From positions 6,181 to 70,180 of the forward strand of contig NMRA01000945.1 of the NCBI GenBank assembly GCA_002633005.1: a DNA stretch of 64,000 bases, written 5' to 3'. Shown in pieces: positions 51,701-59,270 of this stretch (position 1 is the stretch's first letter; the number at the start of each line of letters is the position of its first letter). The notes under the pieces were generated by a model. That model was not told where the DNA came from, searched no databases, and saw nothing but the letters and a program-made list of their open reading frames with translations. This DNA comes from Phoronis australis. Lineage: Eukaryota > Animalia > Phoronida. Both the position numbers and the translations under genes were made by a program.

Positions 51701-54549
51701 TCCCATTGTCAACCCCTCTCAACAATGAAGGTGCTGACATTGTGGGATTTACTCCTCTGATTTTAAATTAATGAACCATATGTAACAGTGAAATACTGTC
51801 CACCAAATCTGAGCTGGGATGAATTAGAAATAGCTTTCTCGCTTTCATTACTCTAGCAAGCGCCAATATGAAAAAACTCCTATTCTCCAATGTCACCTGG
51901 GCCCGGTCTCCAATCTTTTTACTCGAAATGGAACTCGAAATTAGGTTTGGCATTTTCTACTCTACTTTTGGGCGAACTCAAGATATGTGTCTATTATTCT
52001 ATGCTCAAGTACACATTAACTTATGTAGATAATTTATTGCCCTTAGTTCACAGTTTGTAAACCCAATATTAAAGCAATAAGTTCGAGTTTGAACTCGAAA
52101 TTTCGAGTTTTTACTCAAGTTTGTAGCAAGAATATAAGGGTCTTCAACGGCAAACTTGAACTAGAAACTCCTATGCATAACCTATAATGTATTCGAGCAC
52201 AGTCTGATAACCAATTATCTTAAGTTCGCACAAAAGGAGCAGAGAAATTGCCAAAAATAGTTTCGAGTTCATTTCGAGTACAAAGATTAGAGACCGGGCC
52301 CTGGTGAGCCCAACCAGGTTTTATCCCGGCACATTCCATTCTCACTAGTGGGCTGGTCATCAAAGGAGTGACTCTATTCACTAGAGTCCCATCCACACAC
52401 AGCCTACTCCAGAGCAACATGCACTAGTGCAACGTACCTCAGTTTTAATTTTAGCATCCATACACAGCTTCTGAAAATTACAGACCCGAGTGCCAAGTTA
52501 ACTTTTAAAGTTACTGGCCTGGCCACAAATCCACTGGCCCCGGGACACTGGGCCAGTGTCTATTTCGATCACTGTACACACTGTGCTAATGCAAAAAAGA
52601 CCCATCTTCATGTAAGTGCAGCTGATAATTACTTCCGCCTTGGCCCAGGTATGCAGCCACACATGAATTAAAAGTGGCGCAAGTTACCCTAGAACAAGTT
52701 GCCCTACCTCAATAAGGTGGAGTAAGTTGTCACATTGAGGGGTAGGTTGCAGTAGTATATCATCCACACAGTTGCCAAACCTAGCGACAACTTGTTCCAG
52801 GAGTAACTTGTTCAGAGTAAGTCTGTGTGTGGATGGCACTTAGGTCAGTAGCCAGGATAATTATTGCTTCTTATCAGATCATAACTTGAAAGCATGTAGG
52901 TTGTACTTTTTCTCTTTTTGGGACATGAAAACCAATGGAAACCATCAAATCTGAACAGAGGAGTAAACATAAGACTACGTGGGTTTTTAAATTTTCAAAA
53001 CTGGTCAAATAATAGCAATTTTGTCAACAAAAACCCAAGTCTTGAGCTAATTATTGGAAAGTACTTTCCCAACATGGCTTAACAACTAATTATACTGCAT
53101 AACATATAGCTCAGTTTTGCCTTGGTGCAAAGCAGTAAATTTCATGTTAGTCTTACAGCAAGCTGGCTGGCTATAGCACAGTACAGCTTGGTACAGCTTG
53201 GTACAAAGTTGTATTTTATTTTGACTTTAGTGGCTGGTTATAATATAGTACAGCTCATTACAGCTTGATACAAAGTTGTATATTTTATTCTGACTTATAA
53301 TTAGTCTTCATATGCAGCTACCTGGCTGGCTATAAGTACAGTACAGCTCAGTATAACACAGTGCAAAGATGAATATTTTATTTTGGCATTAGTCTTCATA
53401 CATCTAGCTTGCTGACTATAATGGTAATACAACTGGGTGTAGAGTCATAAGTTTTATTTTCACGTAAGTCTTTATACAGATAGTTGGCTACATATAGAAT
53501 AGTATAGCTCATAATAGCCTTAATGCAAAGTTGCATAGTCTTTATACAGCTAGCTGACTTTGACTCTATGGCTATATTCGCAAGTGAGCAGGTCTAAAGT
53601 ATTGTCGGTGGTGTAGATTTATAGTACCACTGCTGTGCTTGAACTTGGAATCCAGCTTAATTTCAAGATCCCGTATGCATGAACTTGGAATTAAATATTT
53701 ATTATTTAAGCAATTCGGTGAAATTTTTTGTTCAGTGCGACAAAAGAACTTGTAAATTACTCGGCAGTAACTCAATGTTCTCCTTTAGTACCAGAACTTA
53801 GTCACTGTTACAGAATTGAAGGAATATGTGAATGGTTAATTACTTATTGTTTGGTGAATAAGATTGCCAACAGATGAAAAAGCCAACAAACATCATGATA
53901 AAGGTAATTGGCTAAGGGTTTTGAATATTACTTCAATGACATTTAATTTGCTTTAGTGCAACTTGCAAAATTTTAGGAACGTGATTAAAATTTTAGTCAG
54001 AACTTGCCAGTTTCCTCTTGTATACGAGATATCTTGAGATTAAGTAGGATTCCAAATTCACGCACTGCACCTGCGGTCTCAAATCTACTGACTACTGGGC
54101 CAGCTGCTGAGACAGTGTGGTTCCGCCTACGTCCTAAATCGATACTGGGCGATCCCCGGGCCGGGTTTCAGTATGGCTATGTCATAGGCGGCACAAGTAT
54201 CCAACCCGTGTCGCCATGGTTAGTGGCCTTTGCCACTTTGTCTGTGGCTTTGCTTGGGGCCGGGCAGGTACTATGATTGACTCAGGACTTTCTCGTCGTG
54301 GCCAGACTGTTGAGTGTTCTCTGTAGCCTGCCACTCAATAACTATAAGCCACGTACGGGGTGCAAAACAACCAATCAAATTACTGTTTCCGGGGAAAGAT
54401 AGAAAAAACGTCACTCACCGTTCATTTGCATATTGGGAGGGGAGTTGATAAACACCATTCGGTTCGCTGTCTGAGAAGGTCCTAATTTTACGCGAGCTCT
54501 TCTTTGGAGAAGGACGAACAAGTTGAGTAACGTTCCACGCGGACGCCAT
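695..54549 (-). CDS. BAIAP3: BAIAP3 / Munc13-4 (UNC13D)-like C2-MUN protein, multi-exon gene, 3' part outside window (21 exons, 819 codons in window)
   Basis: Manual splicing gives one open frame across 21 GT-AG exons with matching phases. Family motifs: [14 protein letters not shown]; C2A ([55 protein letters not shown]); ILHQHAIQG; MUN motifs ([35 protein letters not shown]). BAIAP3 versus UNC13D orthology needs a phylogeny. Confidence 0.92.
1430..1885. repeat. Degenerate ~30-bp minisatellite (atgtaccatactgtggtcgatcaatgtatc)
   Basis: Recurrent gtggtc(g/a)atcaatgtatcatg units; last unit overlaps the exon 20 donor. Confidence 0.8.
1877..1951 (-). CDS. BAIAP3: Exon 20 ([25 protein letters not shown])
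   Basis: ttgcag / ACG|gtatga; FWxxLxWPDP motif. Confidence 0.93.
2602..2670 (-). CDS. BAIAP3: Exon 19 ([23 protein letters not shown])
   Basis: ttgtag / CAG|gtagtt; SxSAVD MHD1 motif. Confidence 0.93.
3140..4420. repeat. Two patches (~3140-3365 and ~4147-4420) of degenerate ~28-bp cagttgaaacacagtgagct repeat
   Basis: Repeated gttgaaaca(c/t)(a/t)gtg cores. Confidence 0.6.
5905..6225. repeat. 36-bp tandem minisatellite (caggaccatgtgcagtgtatgacatgacatcactca), ~9 copies
   Basis: Near-identical units; explains the repetitive ORFs 5909..6232 and 5917..6213. Confidence 0.95.
7062..7562. repeat. 45-bp tandem minisatellite (gtgacagtgtttgcattgactgttaaaacatgagagcttataaat), ~11 copies
   Basis: Direct inspection; abuts the exon 18 donor. 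Confidence 0.95.
7566..7689 (-). CDS. BAIAP3: Exon 18 ([41 protein letters not shown])
   Basis: ttttag / AAG|gtaata; MHD1-type WFxP...W...AVxxD motif. Confidence 0.95.
7847..8040 (-). CDS. BAIAP3: Exon 17 ([10 protein letters not shown]...[19 protein letters not shown])
   Basis: ctacag / AG|gtaaga; FELYL MUN motif. Confidence 0.93.
9781..9816 (-). CDS. BAIAP3: Exon 16 ([12 protein letters not shown])
   Basis: 36 nt in frame; GAG|gtaatg donor; AAG-type acceptor (ttttattgtaag). Confidence 0.72.
9915..10180. repeat. ~41-bp tandem repeat with an ~82-bp dimeric unit
   Basis: aacattgtgactggcaatctaccagtcaataaatgtaacaactttgtgactggcagtctaactgacaagtcagtgaatgtgac occurs twice. Confidence 0.85.
10487..11053. 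mobile_element. PIF/Harbinger-type MITE
   Basis: TIRs GGGCTGTTCCAG(C/T)AAAATCTGT(G/A)TGG; 3-bp TCA target duplication (10484-10486 and 11054-11056); subterminal aaaattacgggtggt repeats. Confidence 0.85.
11303..11354 (-). CDS. BAIAP3: Exon 15 ([17 protein letters not shown])
   Basis: tttccag / TTG|gtaagt, phase 2-0. Confidence 0.9.
11490..12290. repeat. 44-45-bp tandem minisatellite (catctgtctcctcagtcagttggaacacagtgtcatgtatgtgct), ~18 copies
   Basis: Direct inspection; explains ORFs at 11387-12369. Confidence 0.95.
12700..12812 (-). CDS. BAIAP3: Exon 14 ([37 protein letters not shown])
   Basis: ctctag / AG|gtaggt, phase 0-2. Confidence 0.9.
13045..13465. repeat. 47-bp tandem minisatellite (ctctccagtcactggtctagctcatactagagtcgagacaggctatc), ~9 copies
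   Basis: Direct inspection. Confidence 0.95.
13621..13677 (-). CDS. BAIAP3: Exon 13 ([19 protein letters not shown])
   Basis: ttctgcag / AAG|gtgagt, 57 nt. Confidence 0.9.
13870..13960 (-). CDS. BAIAP3: Exon 12 ([30 protein letters not shown])
   Basis: ttcag / AAG|gtcagt, phase 2-0. Confidence 0.92.
13965..15570. repeat. 30-bp satellite (gaagacatcacaactgagtgagtagctagt) spanning an assembly gap
   Basis: Homogeneous units flank the N run and degrade outward. Confidence 0.95.
14363..14860. other. Assembly gap (498 N)
   Basis: Run of n. Confidence 0.99.
15943..16067 (-). CDS. BAIAP3: Exon 11 ([27 protein letters not shown]...RLQYML)
   Basis: ctgcag / AG|gtagat, phase 0-2. Confidence 0.92.
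16485..16740. repeat. Degenerate ~40-bp tandem repeat (ctcaagtcaactcttgtacacag...ggag)
   Basis: About 6 diverged units. Confidence 0.6.
19176..19320. mobile_element. Short Harbinger-like MITE
   Basis: Imperfect TIRs GGGGACTGTTTCGTG / CATGAAACAGAGCCC; TCA on both flanks; the same left end recurs at ~56111. Confidence 0.6.
20007..21344. mobile_element. Interspersed non-autonomous element with internal tandem units (HINE/pearl-like), copy 1
   Basis: Shares both ends and internal units with 23918-25410; terminal hairpin ccacatataaatatgtgg followed by gcgcataaaaa; ggacgcc microsatellite-like tract. Confidence 0.75.
21450..21671 (-). CDS. BAIAP3: Exon 10 ([26 protein letters not shown]...LSREE)
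   Basis: ctccag / GAG|gtaaat, 222 nt; inside ORF 21378..21710. Confidence 0.95.
22381..22584 (-). CDS. BAIAP3: Exon 9 ([30 protein letters not shown]...HELRRFQ)
   Basis: tgtag / CAG|gtatga, 204 nt; end of C2A. Confidence 0.95.
23918..25410. mobile_element. HINE/pearl-like element, copy 2 (internal ~420-445-bp tandem units)
   Basis: Starts aaacaaaagcaacgcagagcgttg (hairpin); unit starts at ~24187, ~24605 and ~25048; same end as copy 1. Fragments also at ~26720-26930 and ~49770-50060. Confidence 0.75.
25978..26140 (-). CDS. BAIAP3: Exon 8 ([36 protein letters not shown]...[12 protein letters not shown])
   Basis: ttcag / CAA|gtgagc; BAIAP3/Munc13-4-type helical insert and DDFLG. Confidence 0.95.
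27600..27742. repeat. ~37-bp tandem repeat including the exon 7 donor
   Basis: Four copies of a gac(n)tcac(c/t)a(g/a)at(c/a)t unit, the last being the real donor ctcac|caaatatctag. Confidence 0.7.
27730..27774 (-). CDS. BAIAP3: Exon 7 ([15 protein letters not shown])
   Basis: ttccag / TG|gtgagt, 45 nt, phase 2-2. Confidence 0.92.
31028..31170 (-). CDS. BAIAP3: Exon 6 (DKKASRRLS...[17 protein letters not shown])
   Basis: ttttcag / TT|gtaagt; C2 TLNPxWNE motif. Confidence 0.95.
32750..32909. mobile_element. Tc1/mariner(pogo)-like MITE
   Basis: TA-CCGTAAACTCGCAGGTTAACGCCC ... GGGCGTTAACCAGCGTTTCCGG imperfect TIRs; related piece at ~40763-40900. Confidence 0.6.
34519..34622 (-). CDS. BAIAP3: Exon 5 ([35 protein letters not shown])
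   Basis: tgtag / AAG|gtaagt; C2 SDPY motif; phase 1-0. Confidence 0.95.
35741..35975 (-). CDS. BAIAP3: Exon 4 ([17 protein letters not shown]...[13 protein letters not shown]), start of C2A
   Basis: ttccag / G|gtaaga, 235 nt; overlaps ORF 35646..35954. Confidence 0.95.
36200..36500. repeat. 31-bp tandem minisatellite (gaaactattcatggacaccatgtcacacata)
   Basis: About 9 copies. Confidence 0.9.
38100..38330. repeat. ~39-bp tandem repeat (tgatgttgaagtgagaggtaacaattacaccaacatcacaga)
   Basis: About 6 copies. Confidence 0.85.
39256..39339 (-). CDS. BAIAP3: Exon 3 ([28 protein letters not shown])
   Basis: tgtttttcag acceptor, GAG|gtcagt donor, 84 nt, phase 0-0. Confidence 0.75.
41460..41547 (-). 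CDS. BAIAP3: Exon 2 ([29 protein letters not shown])
   Basis: ttttacag acceptor, GAG|gtaagt donor; DGSFF segment resembles the N-terminal motif of this family. Confidence 0.88.
43262..43540. repeat. Degenerate (CAT/CAC)n trinucleotide low-complexity tract
   Basis: Runs of catcat / caccat. Confidence 0.85.
44296..45215 (-). mobile_element. Kolobok-like DNA transposon deletion derivative with long TIRs and transposase relics
   Basis: TTAA on both flanks (44292-44295, 45216-45219); AGG...CCT termini; ~320-bp imperfect inverted repeats; minus-strand peptides [10 protein letters not shown] (THAP-like start), [19 protein letters not shown] and CHGHLGKW. Confidence 0.75.
45340..45640. repeat. Dispersed repeat fragment, second copy at ~48620-48900
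   Basis: Shared ccgtgagca...aaatgtca...aatgaa(t/c)ttgggtgaggatttatc block. A separate pair lies at 44140-44230 / 48140-48230. Confidence 0.7.
47749..47780 (-). CDS. BAIAP3: Alternative first coding exon 1b ([11 protein letters not shown])
   Basis: gagccATG Kozak-like context; TG|gtaagt perfect donor; phase 2 compatible with exon 2. Confidence 0.55.
51900..52300. mobile_element. Harbinger-type MITE with CWG target duplication
   Basis: ~45-bp TIRs GGCCCGGTCTC(C/T)AATCTTT...ACTCGAAAT; CTG at 51897-51899 and 52301-52303. Confidence 0.85.
53150..53560. repeat. Degenerate tandem repeat (tagtct...gctggctata...gtacagct...caaagttg)
   Basis: About 5 diverged units. Confidence 0.6.
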
Positions 54550-56000
54550 CTCGTGTTGGCAACACCAATCACCTTGCACTGTTCACGCCGGGGCGCTGGA
54601 AGTCTTCGTCACGCTTCACGAGCGATCAATGGTTTCTGTAAAATTTCACAAAAACAAATTGTACGGGTGTCTGGCTATGCCGGGTTTTGTCAGACGCTCA
54701 GATTTACCTGCTTGAATGTTGAGTTAGGTCAGATTTGATTAGCTGTTGCTTTTTGGTTCATCGTTTCGGCGACCATCAAGCCGGCTGACTCGGGCTAAAT
54801 GAAAGCCGGACTATTCTATAGATGTTAAAAGTCAATAACTTTGGAAGGATTTGTTGGCTTCCAGTATTTAGGGAATATTGTATTTATGGTAAATTAAGTT
54901 ATGTCATTTTTTCTTTACGGTTTTTCACGGGTCTCAAAAGTAAGAGTTGATTTCCACCCTCGAAGTTTTTTGGTTCCGGCTCTCACTGATATCAGGATCA
55001 GGCAAAAGCGATTCTTGATGCCTTACTTACCGAAAGTTTATCAAATCCTAGCTCAAGAAACCAAATTTAAAGTCCAAATCACTAAAGCCTGAAATCGTTC
55101 TAAGTCAGGCCGCTGTCAAATGATCGAGTTGGTGACTCCTGGTAGTTTTGATGGTCCTAGGTGACTCGGAGATTTTGTTGTTTCATATCAACTTCAGTTG
55201 TCCGGTTTGTCTGACAAGCTAACTGAAGGTTTGTATATCGACGCTAATTCCCCTTATAGGCACTCCCTATATATGAGAGTCGAACGGAGGAATTTGTTTT
55301 CCTGTTTTCGTAAGAGTGTCCCGAGAACTAACTTTGCATGTCGTGCTTAGCTGGCCATGAAAAAGGGAGCGAATAATCGACTGAAGCCAGCCTTAACCAT
55401 CTCCGAGCATAAAACCTTTGTCTTATTATTCCTTTCCGTGATAGGATTCTATTTCCGTGCAAACTCCAGTCACAGAAACGCGCTCATCACTTCGTAAAAT
55501 GCGACAGGCTTGTCCCGGCAACGTTCGTGTCGCGTTACTACGGCTTATAGCTATGAACCTCCGAAATCAGTACACCGGGAAGGAAATCGATCTCGATGCT
55601 GTTGGAGACAGCAATAAACCCGCAAATTTTGAAAACGAGTTAGAAACAGTTGTAGACTACTTTACAAAAACTATAGTGTTACAGTGATCAACCAAGCTGC
55701 AGAGAATGACCATGACGATAAACACACCGAACTGTACGCTAGCAGTGGAAGAATGCAGTAAACTCGGCAACTTATTAAAACTTACTCCCGTTTAGTCCGT
55801 ATTCCAGACGACACCGGCGGTTTTCAGAGGCCTAATGTCAATCTTTCTTTTGTTAATCGCCAGGCTCGTTCTTTTGTCTGATGTTACGAGGTAAACGTCA
55901 ATTATCTACGACGCTGAATGAATGCAATAATAGGCTATAAACACGCATCGACTCAAAACTATTGTCAAAAAATAAAAACCCTGGGCGGTGAGGGCTCGGC
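54050..56000. promoter_or_regulatory. CpG-enriched promoter / 5' region of the BAIAP3-like gene
   Basis: CpG visibly more frequent than in the CpG-poor gene body; surrounds exon 1a; several minus-strand donor-like sites (about 54707, 55030, 55785) lack in-frame ORFs and could end UTR exons. Confidence 0.55.
54419..54549 (-). CDS. BAIAP3: Exon 1a ([44 protein letters not shown])
   Basis: gagATGG start in a CpG-rich region; open 131 nt; CG|gtgagt donor; phase 2 matches the acceptor of exon 2. Confidence 0.75.
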
Positions 56001-57599
56001 TTTTAGTTAGTAGAAAATACCATTAGTCAAAGAGGATCTCATAGTAGAGATGAAATGGTAGAAAAAGATAACATCTGTCAGTAAGGAAAGATACATAGGC
56101 AAAAGATTCTGGGGGACTGTTTCGTGAAACCAGGCACTGATCTCTGTGCGAATGCGAGGTTTGTATGAGTCGCCAATGGTATTTTTCCTATCTTTGTTGG
56201 GGTACAATCATAACTGCGTGATACCACAATAGTGTTATTTCTTTAGTGTAATGTGGATTATGGTTATACTCTAATAAACATTAAATACGTAAAAAATCAC
56301 GAAGAATTCAATTTCAGAAGCCAAATACGTTAAATAATTACCGGTTTATGTTCTTGACATTTCAATTATTTATTTAAGCCAGTGTGTTATTTGCCCTGAA
56401 TACAGTGCTAATTCGATAATAGCTCTGTACCAAAGAAACTGTATACCAACTTGGGTAACTATAATATCTTTGTCCGTACCACACAATAAGAGCTTAGTCC
56501 ATTGAACTTGTAAGATATCAAGGGCGGTCGGCGACACCAGATGATTTATAGAAGCATTGTCCAATTACAGCAACTACTGAATGGCATGGTTTCCGAATGC
56601 ACTCGGTCAAAATAATCAGCTTAGATTTGGTTCAACAGAAGTGCTTTCTAAAATAAATGACGCATCAAAGTCAACTTGTAAAGCCAAAATATTTTTCAGT
56701 GGATTATACAACACTCGCCTTCACGTGACGAAAGTGAAAATTTTACAAGACAAACAGTAACATCTACACAGGAGAAATGTGGCCTGTTTTTTTAAAAACT
56801 GTTTAATTTTTAGTTGAGTGTACGTTCGATGTTACATGAGCAAAATCTTATTTTTTAAGTGAACCCTAATGTATTTTGAGAAATAGGTTTACATTAAAAC
56901 AAACAATTGTTCGAAATTGTTCTGTGTTACGTAACATTTGAAGAAGTATGTTGAGTCAATTTATCGAACTTTTCATAATTGTGTGGTCATAATAATATTG
57001 AAGTAAAGAAAACTGATAACAAGGAACAATTTACGGGACAAAAATGGAGGATTTGCGATCGTCAATTTGTTGTTCCAAATATGTATGTTAAACAACCTGC
57101 ACGGACAAACAGTGAAACATTTTACACAGTAGGCAGGGATATCGCGGTAGATTTAGGCAACTGGTGCTTCCAGGCCAAGATGGGATATTAATATTTAATC
57201 AATAAATGTTGCCATGACAACTATATTAAATTTATAAAGGCAAAACGTTAATTATGGCACTTCGGTTTCAATTGTTGTGCAGTGGTTGATGGTTTGCAGA
57301 CTAACTTGGTAATATTTCGATATCAGAATTGGTGAAAGGTCATCAATCCGCGACATAATGTGCACCGTGGGAGAAATCCCATGACATGCCTGTAATTGAC
57401 GTTTTACAAAATGTTTTAACACGAGGGTGAATTGTAGAAAGGATACACAGTAATTGATAGTGTGAGCAGTAAATATTTGTTCAGCAACAAAGGAACAAGT
57501 TGCAATATAATTGAAGTTTAACAATTGTTTGACGTAAAGAGAACGAGGGTGTAGGAAAATTTGATATAAAGAGAACGGCGGTACCATTCACGGCATTTA

Positions 57600-58135
57600 A
57601 TCATCAGTGGGCTCTGGCCCTGCTCTACTGGTAATTGTCCAAACGGAGCAGTATAAGGACAACCGAATTCTAGTGACAAGCATGTACCAGGAGCACCAAG
57701 GGTTCTGGCCCTGCTCTACTGGCAACTGTCCCGACGGGGCAGTAAAAGACAATCAAGGACTAGCATGACTGCTGTGGCCATTAAGCCGGCTTCATGCGAG
57801 TCAAACTGTCCCGTCGGGGCAGTCACTAAAGACAACCTTGAACAACATGAAAGCTGTTGCCATTAAGCCAGCTTCATACCCAAGAAGTCAGTGGCGCTGT
57901 TGCCATCCAGCCAGCGTCTCATCTCCACCAGAAGAAGAACATCAGCGCCTTAATTCCAAACAGGTCCAACCGCTCGATCCACGTCCACACCAAGTACAGC
58001 AAGGACAGAAGGCGAGATCGCCCGATCTTGCGAAGCTGTCCAAGGGCTTCGCCCTCATCTACTCTACTACAACGTTGCAGAAATCACGAAGCCCACACCA
58101 TTTCTCGCCATCCCGGCTCTAGACGCCTAAGCTAT
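57600..58135 (+). repeat. Hairpin-rich dispersed element, copy A (possibly LTR-derived)
   Basis: Colinear similarity to 62120-62460; internal duplications. Confidence 0.75.
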
Positions 58136-58659
58136 GCGCGTATGACCGGTTTGTCCACAGCTTTATACCAAAGAACGTTCAGCCCAGTAAAGAGTCAGTT
58201 ATTCGCGTGCAGTACCCGGACTTTGTACCAGCTTAATTTGCCCAGTTTCACGCTACTTATGTCCCCGATTCTCTCTTCCCAGTGAGCGACTGGTCTCAGT
58301 CGCCGAGAAAAATATAAAATCACAAGCTACAGAAGTTTAAAGTATATGCATACTCCTATAATGGACATTGATTGCGTGTATTTGTCTCTAATATATATTT
58401 TGCTTAACAAACGTAGTTGCAAATAGCCCGTAGTTTTCACTACTCATCCGCGTCCATATCAGGTTTGAAAGGCTGGGGGTCTTAGTCAGTACCGACTCCG
58501 TCAGTTAATACAGACGAAGGTTTTGGGATGGTGCCCCCTTCATTTGCGGTGATAGGCTAAAATCAAACAACTGTAAGATCGTTGCGTTAATGACCAACAG
58601 AGACGTACTGAATTGTATGGTGGCAGCTTTAATTACAGCCACCGTCAGAGGGACTTAGT

Positions 58660-58797
58660 TGGCGGCGGGCTGCGCGCTGAGCCTGCCAGCCTCAAGTGAA
58701 CGACAGTTGGGCTGACAACTCACGTCAAAGCGATCAGGCCTTGAGCTGTGAGCTTAATTATCTCTAACTTGAGGCTGACAGCTCGGCTCGCCGGTAG
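58660..58797. repeat. Palindromic (MITE-like) segment
   Basis: gagcctgccagcctcaagt ... acttgaggctgacagctc inverted arms. Confidence 0.5.
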
Positions 58798-59197
58798 CTC
58801 CACAAGATCGCATCGATTTTTAGAACTATTGAACCCAAATTGCTTGTGATATCTGCAATGGTGACTTTGCCTAGCTGGCTACAGTGAAAACAGACAATGT
58901 TGTTTTTTGTAGTGGAATAACTAATAATCTGTACAAAAGAGTAGTTTACATTGGTGGATCTAGGATATCACAAGGGGGGCAACATTTTGTCAGGCTGTAA
59001 GCGTTTGCGCAAACTGAACCACGATTGTAGATGCGCATAGCACCGAATGGGGGGAGGTCGGGAGGGGGGGTTTGCCCCGCCCAGGAAATTTTTATGTTTT
59101 TACCTCTAAAAATCAAGCATTGTCCTTGATTCCTGAAGTATTATCCAAGAAAAAAAGGCAAAAAAAAAACACGGAGAACGTGTCAAACAGGAAAAAA

Positions 59198-59270
59198 TGC
59201 AAGTACCAAAGACTCGAACTCGCGACCTAGCGGATAGAAGGCGCGTGCATTTCCTCTACACCATCACGAC
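59198..59270 (-). pseudogene. tRNA-like relic / tRNA-derived SINE head
   Basis: Minus strand reads GTCGTGATGGTGTAGAGG (A-box) ... GGTCGCGAGTTCGAGTC (B-box), then T6; acceptor stem does not pair. Confidence 0.55.

Noticed and set aside
55457-55687. Plus-strand 76-aa ORF in the CpG-rich region
   Set aside because: GTG start, no recognisable domain or splice structure.
57838-58285. ORFs in the hairpin-rich element (and 62230..62433)
   Set aside because: Indels between the copies break the frame and no protein family is recognisable.
57207-58512. Complete solo LTR (TG...CA) around element copy A
   Set aside because: No matching target-site duplication found for any candidate TG start; boundaries unsupported.
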